DNA from: Cenococcum geophilum
Lineage: Eukaryota
Assembly (NCBI GenBank): GCA_050273025.1
Contig: CP158635.1
Coordinates: forward strand, 16,926,001 to 16,990,000
DNA: 64,000 nt
Direction of reading: 5' to 3'
The position numbers and the translations under genes are program-made. Positions 1 through 12,969 of this stretch are shown in pieces; within the stretch, counting starts at the first letter, position 1, and the number at the start of each line of letters is the position of its first letter. Below the pieces are notes generated by a model. The model was given only the letters and a program-made list of their open reading frames with translations, did not search any database and was not told the DNA's origin.

Positions 1-372
1 ACTAACGGGTAGGCAGATGCAGACAGGTAGGCAGATACAGACAGGTAAGTAGATACAAACAGGCAAGCAAATGTAAACAAGTAGGTAGATATAGATAGGT
101 AAGTAGATATAGATAGGTAAGTAGATATAGATAGGTAAGTAGATATAGACAGGTAGGCAGATATAGATAGGTAAGTAGATGCAGACAGGCAAGTAGATAT
201 AGATAGATAGGCGATATAGACGGGTAGGCAATGCAAATAGGTAGGTAGATATAGACAGGTAAGTAGATGCAGATAGGCAAGTAGATATAGATAGGTAGGC
301 AATGTAGACAGGTAGGCAATGTAGACAAGTAGGCAATGTAGGCAGGTAGGTAAGTTAATAGGTAGATAGGTA
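1..372. repeat. Purine-rich tandem repeat (~18-bp unit GTAGGCAGATATAGACAG)
   Basis: Visible tandem units; explains the spurious low-complexity ORF 2..328. Confidence 0.85.
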
Positions 373-681
373 GAAGAGAACCATCGCTATATTATATTAA
401 ATTATCTAAAATAATAATATTTATTTTGCTAGCCTTATAAATAGCTTTAAAGTAGCTTTTATTTATTTAAAATATGCTATTAGTATAAAAGAGGTAAATA
501 TAATTATAGTTGCCAAATGCGCAGATTGCTGGCAGGTTGCGCGCAGGCTGCGCGCAGGCTGCGTGTCAAAAAAACACGACATAGGCTAGTCGGTCGAGTT
601 GCTAAATGACCTCAACTGCGCGCCAATTGCGTCAACCACCAGCCATTGAGGCCATTGAAAGGGTACCATATTTTCCCGATG
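1..681. mobile_element. Right-hand part of a non-autonomous TIR element (CMC/CACTA-like) inserted in a gypsy pol gene; left end outside window
   Basis: Ends TTTTCCCGATG at 681, resembling the TTTTCCTGACG end of the 50035-51755 element. Gypsy-A pol resumes at 682 (compare the uninterrupted copy near 44255). Carries GGTA/GGCA repeats like the other element, in opposite orientation. Confidence 0.55.
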
Positions 682-3600
682 CCCGCTAGCGCAACTCGCT
701 AAGAAACCCAAATATACAATCTTTGCTGTTACTATAGCTAATATTAAGAAGGCCTTAGCACTAAAGAAGTATACTAACCCTACTACGAAGGTATTAGTAG
801 AGTACTATAACCGCCTAGAAGTATTCTTATAGAAGAAAGCCGATAAGCTACTAAAACACCAATCGTATAACCATAAGATTATACTTAAAGAAGGAAAGCA
901 GCCTAGATTTAGACCCCTATATAGAATATCCTAAAACGAACTCTAAGTGCTATAGAAGTATTTAGACAAGAACCTAAGTAAAGGATTTATTAGAGTAAGC
1001 TCTTTACCTATAGCTATACTAGTAATCTTTATTAAGAAACTTAATAGTAGTCTGCGCTTTTATATAGACTACTAAGCTCTTAACGCCGTTACCGTTAAGA
1101 ACTAATACCTAATCCTATTAATATAGGAGACACTAAACTAACTAAGTAAGACTCGCTACTATACAAAGCTTAATATTATCTCTGTATTTAACCGCCCCCG
1201 TATAGTAAAAGGAGATAAATGGCTTATTATATTTCGTACTTAGTATAGATTATTTAAATACTTAATAACGCTATTCGGCCTCGTAAATGCTCTAAGCTTA
1301 TTTTAATATTACGTAAATAATACCCTACGTCCCTACCTAGATATCTTCTGTACTACTTATATTAACAATATCCTAATATATAGTAATAACCTAACCGAAT
1401 ATTAGAAATACGTTTATTTTATTTTATAAGCCCTATATAGAGCTAGTTTATAATTAAATATAGATAAATATAAGTTTTATAAAACGGAAGTTCTATACCT
1501 TAGACTCCTTATTTCTATAAACGGTATATAAATAGACCTAAAGAAAGTTAAAGTAATTATAAACTAGTAAGAACCTAAGGACGTTAAGGATATAAAAGCC
1601 TTTATAGGATTTGCTAATTTCTACTAACGGTTTATTAATAACTTCTCCGCCCTAGTTTTACCCCTTATTACTTTAACCTAAAAGGATAAAGCTTTTATCT
1701 TTAATAAGGAATATAAGAAGGCCTTTGCTTATCTAAAGGTTATATTTACTACTATATCTATACTCTAATACTTTAACCTAAAATAAATAAGTGTTATAGA
1801 AGCCAACTTATCTGATTATGTTACTAAAGGTATTCTATCTTAATATAATAAAGAAGGAATATTATACTCCATAATATACTTCTTAAAATAACTAAGTCCT
1901 GCCGAATATAATTATAAGATCTATAATAAAGAATTGCTAGCTATTATTAGATACTTTAAGCAATAGCAACCCAAACTAGAAGGCGCTGGATTTTTAATTA
2001 AGGTTCTTAGCGACTATAAGAACCTATAGTACTTCACAACCACAAAATAGCTAAGTCATTATTAGGCCCGCTGGTTAGAATATCTATTACCTTTTTAATT
2101 CTTAATTACGTACTGCCTAGGCGTTTAAGGTTAGAAGCCTAATGCTCTAACCTAATACTCGCAAGACGCGCTAGCCCTAAAAGAAGCGCGCTCTTACTAA
2201 AATCAGACCCTGCTTCGCCCTAAACTATTTAACCCTTCTGCTAAAGACCTTACGGTATACGTCCTTAAAATAACTAATTAACTAATTAAATAGATTATAG
2301 TTAATAAATACCTAAATAACGAGTTTATCTAAGAAATGCTTAAGCTAATTTAAGATAGCGTTAGACGCTCTAAAAAGATTTCTTTAAGTAAATGCGAAGT
2401 TTACGGAAACCGCTTATATTACTAGAACCGTCTAGTTATCCCTAATTATAATAAGCTTAAGCTTAAGCTCCTTAAACACATATATAATCTACCTATTACT
2501 AGCTACCTAGGCCAAGAAAAGACCCTAGAACTACTCTAACGGGAGTATTACTAGCCAAATATGCATAATATAACATAAAGGTATATCTTTAGCTACTATA
2601 CCTACTAACGAGCTAAAGCCTTATATAAGACGTATAATGGTCTTTTAAAGCCGCTGCCTATTCCGGACCAAAGATAAAAGGATATCTTAATTAACTTTAT
2701 TATTAACCTCCCTAAAAGTAGAGGCTATATAAACATTATAATAGTTATAGACCAACTATCTAAAATAAGATACTTAATTGCCTATCCTAATATATTAACG
2801 CCTACCGTTGCCCAACTATTCCTAAATTATATATAGAAACTCTACAGACTCCCTAAAACAATTATCTCTAATAAAGATAGCTAGTTAATTTTAGTATTCT
2901 AAAAAGAACTAACTACCTAACTTCGTATTAAAGCACTGTTATCTACTATATACTACCTAAAAACGGATAATTAAACGGAATGCGTAAATGCTATAATAGA
3001 ATAGTATATTCGGATATACACGTTATATCTATAAGATAACTAGATTAACTGGCTTACATTTACCAAGTTTACTATAAATAATTCCGTCTTAGAAATAATA
3101 AAAGTCTCCCTGTTTCTGGCTAATTATAGCTAGTACCTATAAATAGGTTTTAAACCCTTTAGTAATATTCCTTACCCCGCTTATTACGCCTTATAGGTTA
3201 TAAAAGTAAATAAATTTATAGAAAAGATAGAGGAACTATAATAGTTCCTTACTAATAAGATAATATAGGCTTAATCTATTTATAAATCCGCAGCGAATAA
3301 GAAACGAACCCTAGCACCAGCCTACTAAATTAGTAATTTCGTCTGGCTAAATATAAGAAATTTAAACATAAAACAACCTATTAAGAAACTTAATTAGAAG
3401 AATGCTAGCCCTTATAAGGTTAAAAAGGTTATCTTTCCTTATGCCTACTAACTAAAGCTCCCTAATACGGTTAAAATCCACCCCATATTCTATACGTTAG
3501 TCCTCCACCCTACTACCCCTATATTAAACGCCCTGCCTAAATAAATATAGGACCCTCCCCTACTAGTTAAGGTAAATAGTAAGGATAAGTACTTTATTAA

Positions 3601-6600
3601 AAGAATTAATAATATTAAGTATAATAAACGGAAACGCTAATATATATATTTTATAAAGTGGAGAGGCTATACTAAGCCCTTATAGGAACCCGTTAACTCT
3701 ATAGGACTTATATAAGCCGCAGAAGACTTTTATAAACTTTATTTAGAACTACCACAGCCCTATCTCGCAGAAGCTCGAGTTTAAAGAGGGGGGTACTATT
3801 ATGGGACACCCCCGTAACACCTTATACACATTTACCTATTTCCACCAACTTAGTAACTAGAGATTGACTATAAGATAGCAATCTAACGGCAACTTGCCAT
3901 ATTCTACTATATTCTACTAAGTTCCACTAAGTTCTACTAAACCCTACTAAGTTCTGCTAAGACTACTACCTAAATCCTATTCTACTCCGTGTACGTATTG
4001 TGGTGGGGTAAAATGGGCTACTGCTTAGTGCCTTGGCATTTTCCTGTATATATCAAGCCTTCGGCTTCTCTCCTTCTCTTGATTACGACCTACTGGAATA
4101 CATTCTTTCCTTTCTTCTTACTGACTACTTTCCTACTGATTGATTACGACTGATGACTGACCGACTGACTGACCGACCGACAGACAGACAGCATTGTGAC
4201 TTCCTATCTAAGAGGGACCGCGTCTACTACCACATATGGCATTCCACGTGGGGACGACGGCAAGCTCTTTGGATTAGAAGTCTGGCACTCTATACACAAC
4301 TATATATATAGGAGGTATGCAGGAATATACTACAGCTATAGAAGAACCGATAGCTGTAGAAGAACGACTAGCTGTAAAAGAACCGCTAGCTAGATAGACG
4401 AGACAGTAGCAGAGAAGTAGATAGTATTGGACAGTAAGGGGAACCAGGTAGTCCCTGAATAGAAAGACCGGAAAAGATAGAATAGTTAGACTTAACGCAT
4501 AGGCTAAAGAGTGGCAATAGAGTGTCTTGGAGAGTTATAAGCAAGGACGTTAAGCGAACTAGTGAGCTAATTAGACGACTTTAACCGTTACCCGATATTT
4601 CTACTACCCGCGCACGAGTATGGCTAGAGCTTTGTTGAGAATATAGAGACGATAGGTAGCCAAGGGCTAATTAACTAGGTGAAAACGAGATCTAAGGCAT
4701 CCGGCGGCAGAGGAAGTTAGCACTGCCCTATAAGAATAGAGATAATACCGAGCAAGGCCGCAAGCACACGAGATCGGATCTGCCCTTAAAAGCTTCCTAT
4801 TCTGGCTTAGCTTTATCCTCTTTTAAGTTATCCGGATTATATTAGCGGCGGCTCTAGAGGCGTTCTATAAAGAAGTAAATGCAAGCGGAAGCCTAAGGCG
4901 TAGCAGTGCCCTATCGCGTGGAACGATAGTAGGCCAAAATAGACGGACGTATCGAGACCCGGCAGTAGTAGAAGATGGCGATTTTGTGCTCTCCCAGGAA
5001 GACCGACCTCTAGGCGTTAAGAAGCAGCTAGAAGGAACCGAAGCCTATACTTCTTTTGCTGAGTATAAACCAATACTAAGACAGCTATTTAGGACACCCT
5101 TACCTTAGGTAGCAATGTAAGTAGATTAGCCGCGGCCTTTACCCGTTTAGGTAGCAAGGGAAGTACGCCACGTGTTCGTTCTAATGGTAGCAATGCCAGA
5201 TCCTTTTGGGTAAGGGGTTCTACGGTTTAACGGAAAGAATATCTCTAGGTTTATTAAGGGCTACGAGGGTATGTGTTAAAGGTACTACGTAGGCGAAGAC
5301 CGCAGGCTCGCGTGTCTCCTTAACTATTGCGAAGGCTTATACGTGGAAGCTATTTAGATGACACCGGAATTTAAATAGGACGACTAGAGCCGACTGGTGA
5401 CTAAACTCCGAGCCGAATATTAAGCCGAGGACTACTATCGACGTATAGAGATAAGAGACTTCGTAAAAGCTTTCGTTCGAAAATCTGCGGAACAGCTAGG
5501 CGACTTACGTCACTACGTGCAGGACTTCTCTACTATCTCAGCCAAAGTGGTAGCTGTAGGAAACCTTACTGAGCAAGAGAAGGGGCGATGGTTTGTGCGA
5601 GGACTTTCTATTAAATACCGCAAGCACGTAATGGAAAAGATAGGAGCCGTAGTAGACGAGCCTAGTACCCTTGTGTTTAAAAGGCTGAAGGAGGCTGTAG
5701 AGTTAAGGATAGTGGCTGTAAAGGGCGCCGAGCGAATGGATGTCCTTCTAGAAGAAGACGCCCTAAATGTCTAGCTTATATAGGAGCTACGGCAGTAAAG
5801 GGATGGGCTTGACCGTAGAAGAGAAGGAAGGCTTTTAGACTTAGGTGTATATAGAGGAGCCCTAACGTAGCAGCAGTCACCCGCTATAGATTAGGAAATG
5901 GGCGAAATGGGAAGCTAGCTAAGGAGTCTAAAGCCGACCAAGATGGAGCTTGCGGCAGCTGCACGGTTGATGCCGTTTCTTAATTAAATACGGATGGACC
6001 CAAGGAAGCTTATAACGCTGACGAATTAGGCTGTAGCTTAAGGCCTAGTATAAGGATATAGCCCAGCACTAGGATACAAAGACTGGCAGAATAGTACCCG
6101 ACCTCTGTAGGACTCTTAACCTCTATAGGACTCTCGACCTCCGTAAGGCTTTTGATATCCGTAAAGCTCTGAATATCCGTAAGGTTCTACCGCCTTTAGA
6201 CGGCCGCAACGGGACGTACGGGGTTAGTGAGGATAAGGCCGGTGGACCTGTTTTGGATATAGAGGAAGTCACTGTTTCACCAAGCACGAATATTAAGGCT
6301 TGAAGGATCTTATTTAGTAAGGATTTGTATATCTGTTTAACTGAGGAAGACTAGTAGCTAGGACGCGTGAACGACCTGGACCTAAACTTCCGTGGCTCGG
6401 CAATGAAGGACGATTAAAGGGTATTAAGAACTGGCTTTATATGTACCGAGGAATAGACCTAGATAGATAGGTACGTTAGAAAATAGAAGGATAAGGATAG
6501 ACGTAGAAATAGGCCCCTATAGGACAAACGGATTTTACTGCTTTCTATAATGGAGTAGTGCTAAAGAATAGTGACAAAACACGTATAAACTGGGAGGACT

Positions 6601-7389
6601 ACTATCAAGTACGACCTGCAGACTTAGTAGTAACGCCTAGCCAGTAATATCCGCAGACCCTTAGAGACAGCCGTATAACCAGGACAGCTGTTGAGCCGTA
6701 GGCTCTGTAGTAGGTGGCGTAGGCTCCGCCGTAGGAGAAGCATGTACGACCAGGAGATTATATCTAGATTGGGTCACAGCCTATAGATAAGACAGCTAAA
6801 GCTAGGAAGAAGAATAAATCGTCTAATTTTTGGAGACGGTCTTGGAGACGGACACTTAACCAGGTTAGCTATTGACCCGTAGCAGGCTCCGTAGGAGGTA
6901 TAGGATGTTTAACTAGGGGACAGTTAAGTTATAAGGTGGGGGAGGGGACGTAGGTGACGGCCGTATCAGCGTGGTTTTCAATAAGCGAAAATCCAGCCAA
7001 TAAAATATTGGCATTTGTCGATATTTGCAGTGTCAATATTGGAATATTGGCAATTTTTGGATAAAATTATTATAATAGAAATATACTTATTCTAAAATAA
7101 ATATTATACAAATTATTGGCATAGATTGGCAGTTTTATAATATATTCTTGCGTATAGAAGTATTTATATACTATAAAATGTCTTAATACGCGCTCCCTGA
7201 CCAAAATTAATTAATTTAAATATTAACTACCCCTAACTGCACCACAACTATATATAATTAAAGCTCTATATCTCTAATATAGCCTCTTTACTCTGCTATC
7301 TACGTTATCTATAAGTAGCTAGTTATATAATAGCTTTATGGTGGCGCAGTAGAAGGGTAGTTAGATTTTTTGCGACCGTACACGTCCTA

Positions 7390-7995
7390 CCAAAGCTCTG
7401 CAAAAGCTCTGCACGAAGCTCTACTTAAAGCTCTACTCGGAGCTCTACTTAAAGCTCTACTCAAAGCTCTGCTCAAAGCCCTATATAGAGCTCTAAAGCT
7501 CTACTAACACGCAGCACTAATATACTAGGAAGGTTCTACAATCGGCCATACGAACGCCCATACGATTAGTCGCCATACGATCGTCTCTACGAACGGCTCT
7601 ATAAATGTCGCACGATTGCCCGTACGAACGCCCATATAATCGTCTATACGAACGTCTCTACAAACGTCTCTATAAATGTCTGCACGAACGCCTGCACGAA
7701 CGCCTATATAAAGCCCTACGCGAGGCTCTGCTCGAAGCTCTACTAACACGCAGCACTGATATACTAGGAAGACTCTATAACTGTCTATACGAACGGCTCT
7801 ATAATTAATCGATTTATCAATTAATTGCCTACACGAACGCCTATACGAATGTCTATATAAACGCCCGTACGAACGTCTGCACGTCTAGACATCTATACGT
7901 CTACACGCCTACACGCCGCACGTGGTCCCGCATAAGGCTCTGCGCGAACCTCTGTATGAAGCTCTACTAAAGCTCTACACAAGGCTCTGCCTAAA
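7390..7995. repeat. 12-bp tandem repeats inside the hAT element
   Basis: Units like GAAGCTCTGCAC and GAACGCCTATAC repeated; source of ORFs 7525..7749 and 7605..7808. Confidence 0.75.
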
Positions 7996-8034
7996 GCTTA
8001 TCCCCCGCTGCGAAGCAGCCCCTATAGCGTAGTT

Positions 8035-11000
8035 TGTTGAATTTGTTAGTACTGCAAGCCCCTGCATCGAGACTGGGTATATAGTCTGCGATGCCCTCCT
8101 GTATTCTAGAGAATAACGAACACAATGATTAACCAATTAGAGCACTAAAAACATCAGGTTATGAGCCCGGAGGGGCGCTGACTAAGCTAAGTCTGATATT
8201 TACCCCGCCAACCTTCTTGATCTCCTGATAACGCCTTTGGCATTACCGGAGAGGTTTAGACTGGCCGGCCTTAAATTAGAAGAGCCTAGAATGAGGGCTG
8301 ACGACAAGATATTTAACGGTCTTTTTAGCAAGCTGCGAAACCTACTCTAACTAGCCCTATAATAACAGCTATCTCATAAATATGCTATTTGTTGATAGGT
8401 GCGGTAATGTCCGCAAGAAATATTATACGGAGAGACTAACGGAGACGCCGTCGGCGAGGCCGCATAAGTGAACTAAAGTTATATTAGTTAAAATTTTCTT
8501 AATAAAATTGCTATATACATAGTCTTTAGAACGGGACTTGGGATGTCCAACTCTAATTCTATAAGCTATCTATTACTTTCCCTTAACACTATAATATTAT
8601 GGCAAACGTACAAGCCGAAATAAAGGGAGGCTATAATTTGGCTATGGTACCCTTTCTTAACGGAGTAGATAATTGGCTAGACTTTTCCGACGGTATCGAA
8701 ACCTTCCTAATTATGGGAAGTCAGCTTGACTGGCTAGAAGACCACAGGAATACGCCAGTTATCCCCTTAATAGAATAAAAGAAGAAACACAAGTTTGCTA
8801 TATACGCCATAAGAGCTTAATCTAATTATAACGCTAAGCAAATAATTAATGGAATGAGCAACTACTACACTGCCTATGAGACTTTTGAAAAGAACTACAA
8901 ACCTTAAGGCAACGGTACCTTCCGCGATCTCTCTAATTGGTTCTTTACTATCTCTCTGGCCGACTATAAGAGTATTAAGGATTACACCAAAGCCGTTAAG
9001 AAGCTTTAAAATTAATTGGTCTAGTTGGGAGTTATAATCCCACAGCTACTAGTGATTCTACGATACCTATAGGGCCTAGGGTCGGCGTATAGTATCTTCT
9101 ATACTTTATTTACTACTAATAATTAGATACTTCTGGATGATGGAAATGAGGTTGACTTTGACTTCGTAGCGCTTAAGGCTAAAGGGTATAAGCGTATATT
9201 GGCATAAGAGGAAAGCGTAGCTGCGCTAGCAGTGTCTATGGCCTCGACGACTAGCACTGCACTTGCGGCAACTGGCGACACCAGAAATGTTAAGGTTCCC
9301 TATTGTACCCACTGCCACAAATCTTATTATACTAAGGAGAAGTGCTAGACGCTGTATCCGCATTTAAAGCAGCAGGCCAAGGCCGAAAAGGGATGCCGCG
9401 GACTATTTGGTAAGAAGAGGAAGACTTACAAGGATGACGACGAGTCAGATAACCCTATGGGCCTTATTGCACACTTTGGAATAACAGCTAATAATAATAC
9501 TGGAAATCTCTTATATACCCAATAGGCTGTTGACACCGGATGCTCCTGTTATATTACTTACTTTTAAGAACATTTTATTAGCTATAAAGCTATCCCTAAA
9601 TCCTTTGCACACGTTAAAGGTCTAGGAGGGACATCATGCGCACCTATTGGTAGAGGGATAGTTAAACTGCGATGCAAAATCAAAGGCAAATCTCAATTAA
9701 TTTATCTTATTAACGTTTACCACGTGCTTAATTGTGCAGTTAACTTAATATCTATTGCGCAATTATTTAAGGTTGGCGCAGATATTTAATTCTTAAAGGA
9801 TAACTGTAAGATTAGAACGGGAAAGAGAATAATTATGGCGATAAGTAGGAACGGATGCTAGTTCCTTAATACAACCCTTAAATAGTAATTAGCCCTTCTT
9901 TCTACGGAGATTAACCCCAATACATTATAAGTTTGGTATAATTGTCTGGGCCATATTACGGAAAGCATATTATTTAGAATAGCTGAAATAATAGAGGAAA
10001 TCGACCTCACTAAGCCAATCCCTGAAATTTCCCCTTATAAGATATGTGGAATATTTACGCTACGCTTAAAACTCCATAACAGCCATATCTGACCGGGAGA
10101 GGCTCCTATGGATCTCATCCACTTAGACGTTTTAGGGCCATTTAAGATTGGACTTAATGGCTCCCAATTTATTATTATATTCCTTTGTAACGCAACCTAA
10201 CTCTTAGTTACCTATTATATTAAGTCTAAGGCCGACATATTCGATTGTTTTAGAAACTTTAAACAATACTACGAACGACTAGATTATAAAATCCATCGAC
10301 TACAAGCTAACAATGGTGGAGAATATACGTCCAAAGCTATGTTAAGATACCTTTTTCTCTTAGGTATTACGCTAGAGTTTACAGTCCTAGGAAATCCACA
10401 ATAAAATAGCGCTGTAGAGAAGCTTGGATATATTATCTAGAATAAGGCAAAAACCTTCCTAAAGCTCTCTGGATTGTCGTGGGAATATTAGCCGGAAATA
10501 GTACGTATAGCGAATTATATCCGAATACGTACTCTCCAATTAAGGCTTTAGATAACACTATACCGAGCTTAGTATGGATATAATCCTTACTACTAATATA
10601 TACGCACACTAGGCATAAAGTGCTTAGCTTTAGAAAGAATCCAATCTAAGCAGAAGGACAATGCGGTTAAATATACGCTTCTTGGCTATGAGGGCGATTA
10701 TATTTACCGACTTATTACTGCCACTAGACGACTAATTTGGGCGTTATCTATACAATTTGCAGCCAAAAAGAGAGGTCTTAATGATGTGGGAGCATCTGAG
10801 CCTTTGGCTAAAAGATAACACTTATTAATACTCCCTGTATATCCCGCGCCTGACTTATGGGGGGATGATGAGATAATTTAGGTTACTCCTAGCCTAGAAA
10901 GAGAGCCTTTACCTGGACAAGACTATACGCTAGTGCCGGCACTAGCATGAGAACCTCGTCCATAAATTGTAAAGGCAACTATATATCACCCGCTTAAACG

Positions 11001-12969
11001 AGCACTACTTGCTGTAGCTAACGAGCCCTGCTTTATTGCTCTTATCGTAAATACAGATAGCTTAGAACCCTACGAACCACAAATATATAGAGAGGCTGTT
11101 AGTGGAGGGGATGCAAAGCAGTGGGAGAAATTAATAGAAGATGAGGTTAACTCTTTAACTGAAAACTATACTTGGGACCTAGTTGATCAACTAAAAGACA
11201 GAGCAGTATTAACTGGTAAATAGGTGTATAAACATAAGCGTGGCTTAAATAGCGAGATTCTACGATATAAATTGAGATGGGTAGTAAGAGGTTTTAAGCA
11301 GTAAGAAGGCCTTAACTTTTATAAGACCTTTACCTTGGTTGTCAAGCTAATAAGCTATAAGCTACTATTTGCGATTGCGGTAGTAAATGACCTTAAGATT
11401 AAACAAATGGACGTTAAAACGGCTTTTCTTTACGGCGATATTAATACTAAAATCTACATAGAGCAGCCTGAAGGAATAGGAGCTATTGGGGAGTTATATA
11501 AGGTCTGTAGGCTAAATAAGGCACTCTACGGCCTAAAGCAATCACCGTATGTCTAGTATTTTACCCTTACGGCCTACCTTAAAACCCTTGGTTTTAAACC
11601 CCTTATAGCCAACAACTGTATATTCTATGACAGCAAAGGCATATATATTACAGTCTTTATTGACAATCTTCTTATAGTTGGCCTATCTAAGGCTAATATC
11701 TCTGTAATTAAAGTAAGACTAAGTGAGCGTTTTTATATGACAGACCTAGGCCCTTATAAGTACTACCTTAGAATAAAGGTAATAAGAGATCGATAAAACA
11801 GAACCCTAAAGCTAAGCTAGCAAAGCTATCTTAAGAAAGTGCTACGCGACTTTAGGATATGGGACTGTAATAAGAAATATAATACGCTAATTAATACACA
11901 TATAAGGCTATAGAAAGCAGAAGCCGAGTATAAACTAAAGACAGCCGATATTAAATGGTATCAGAGTGCCGTAGGCTCCCTTATGTACGCTATGCTGGGA
12001 ACCCGCCCTGATATCGCCTACGCTGTCTTAGTTATTAGCTGATTTGCTGCAAAACCTACGCAAGCATATAAGGCTATAGTAACTCAAATCTTCCGATATC
12101 TCCGAAAAATAATTGACTATATGCTTGTCTTTAAGGGCCCACTGGCAGCACTATTTGGCTATAGTGATTCTAATTGGGTAGGAGACTACGACACTCGGAA
12201 ATTAACTTTAGGCTACGTTTTTAATATAGGAAGTGCAGTAATTAGCTGGTCCTTAAAACTACAGTTAACTGTTGCACTGTTATCATATAAGGCCGAATAT
12301 ATCGGCCAGATAAACGCTATAAAAGAAGTAATTTGGCTACAATGACTACTTAACGAAATATAACCCGAAGCAGCGAATAAAGCGTAAGCGATAATTATAT
12401 ACTGCGATAATTAAGGCGCTATTGCACTTGCGAAGAACCCTCAATTTCACGCCTATACTAAGCATATTGATATATAACATTATTTTATACAAGATAAGGT
12501 TAGTAAGGGAGTTATAGAGCTTTAGTATATTAAGACAGAGAATCAGGTAGCCGACGGCTTAACGAAGCCATTAGATAAGATCAAGTTCAAGAGATTTAGG
12601 AAGGCAATTAGGCTGGAGCAGGCATAAGAAGACACGGCAGGTAAGGCTTTTCCCTCCTATTGTAGGGGGGTTTTTATCGCCTAGAGATGCTGAGATATAA
12701 GCTGGTTTATGTTTTCCAGCCGACGATATACTACGATTTTCCCTGAGATATAACGGGTTTTTGGGCGTATTGGAACTATCGACTTTATTTATATGACTGC
12801 TACCAGAGAGCAATGGCTTGACTATAGCTCGCATTCCTGAGTGGGAGTGTTGAATTTGTTAGTACTGCAAGCCCCTGTATCGAGACTGGGTATATAGTCT
12901 GCGATGCCCTCCTGTATTCTAGAGAATAACGAACATAATGATCAACCAATCAGAGCACTAAAAACATCA
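8035..12969 (+). mobile_element. Complete Ty1/copia LTR retrotransposon (RIP-inactivated)
   Basis: 122-bp LTRs 8035-8156 and 12848-12969; 5-bp TSD TAGTT; PBS GGTTATGAGCCC; PPT GAGTGGGAG; gag knuckle near 9300, integrase, RT (QMDVKTAFLYG, LNKALYGLKQSP), RNaseH (GYSDSNW). Confidence 0.96.

Noticed and set aside
2..328. 108-aa ORF, and similar ORFs at 7525-7808, 14942-15241 and 50944-51253
   Set aside because: These are translations of tandem or low-complexity repeats.
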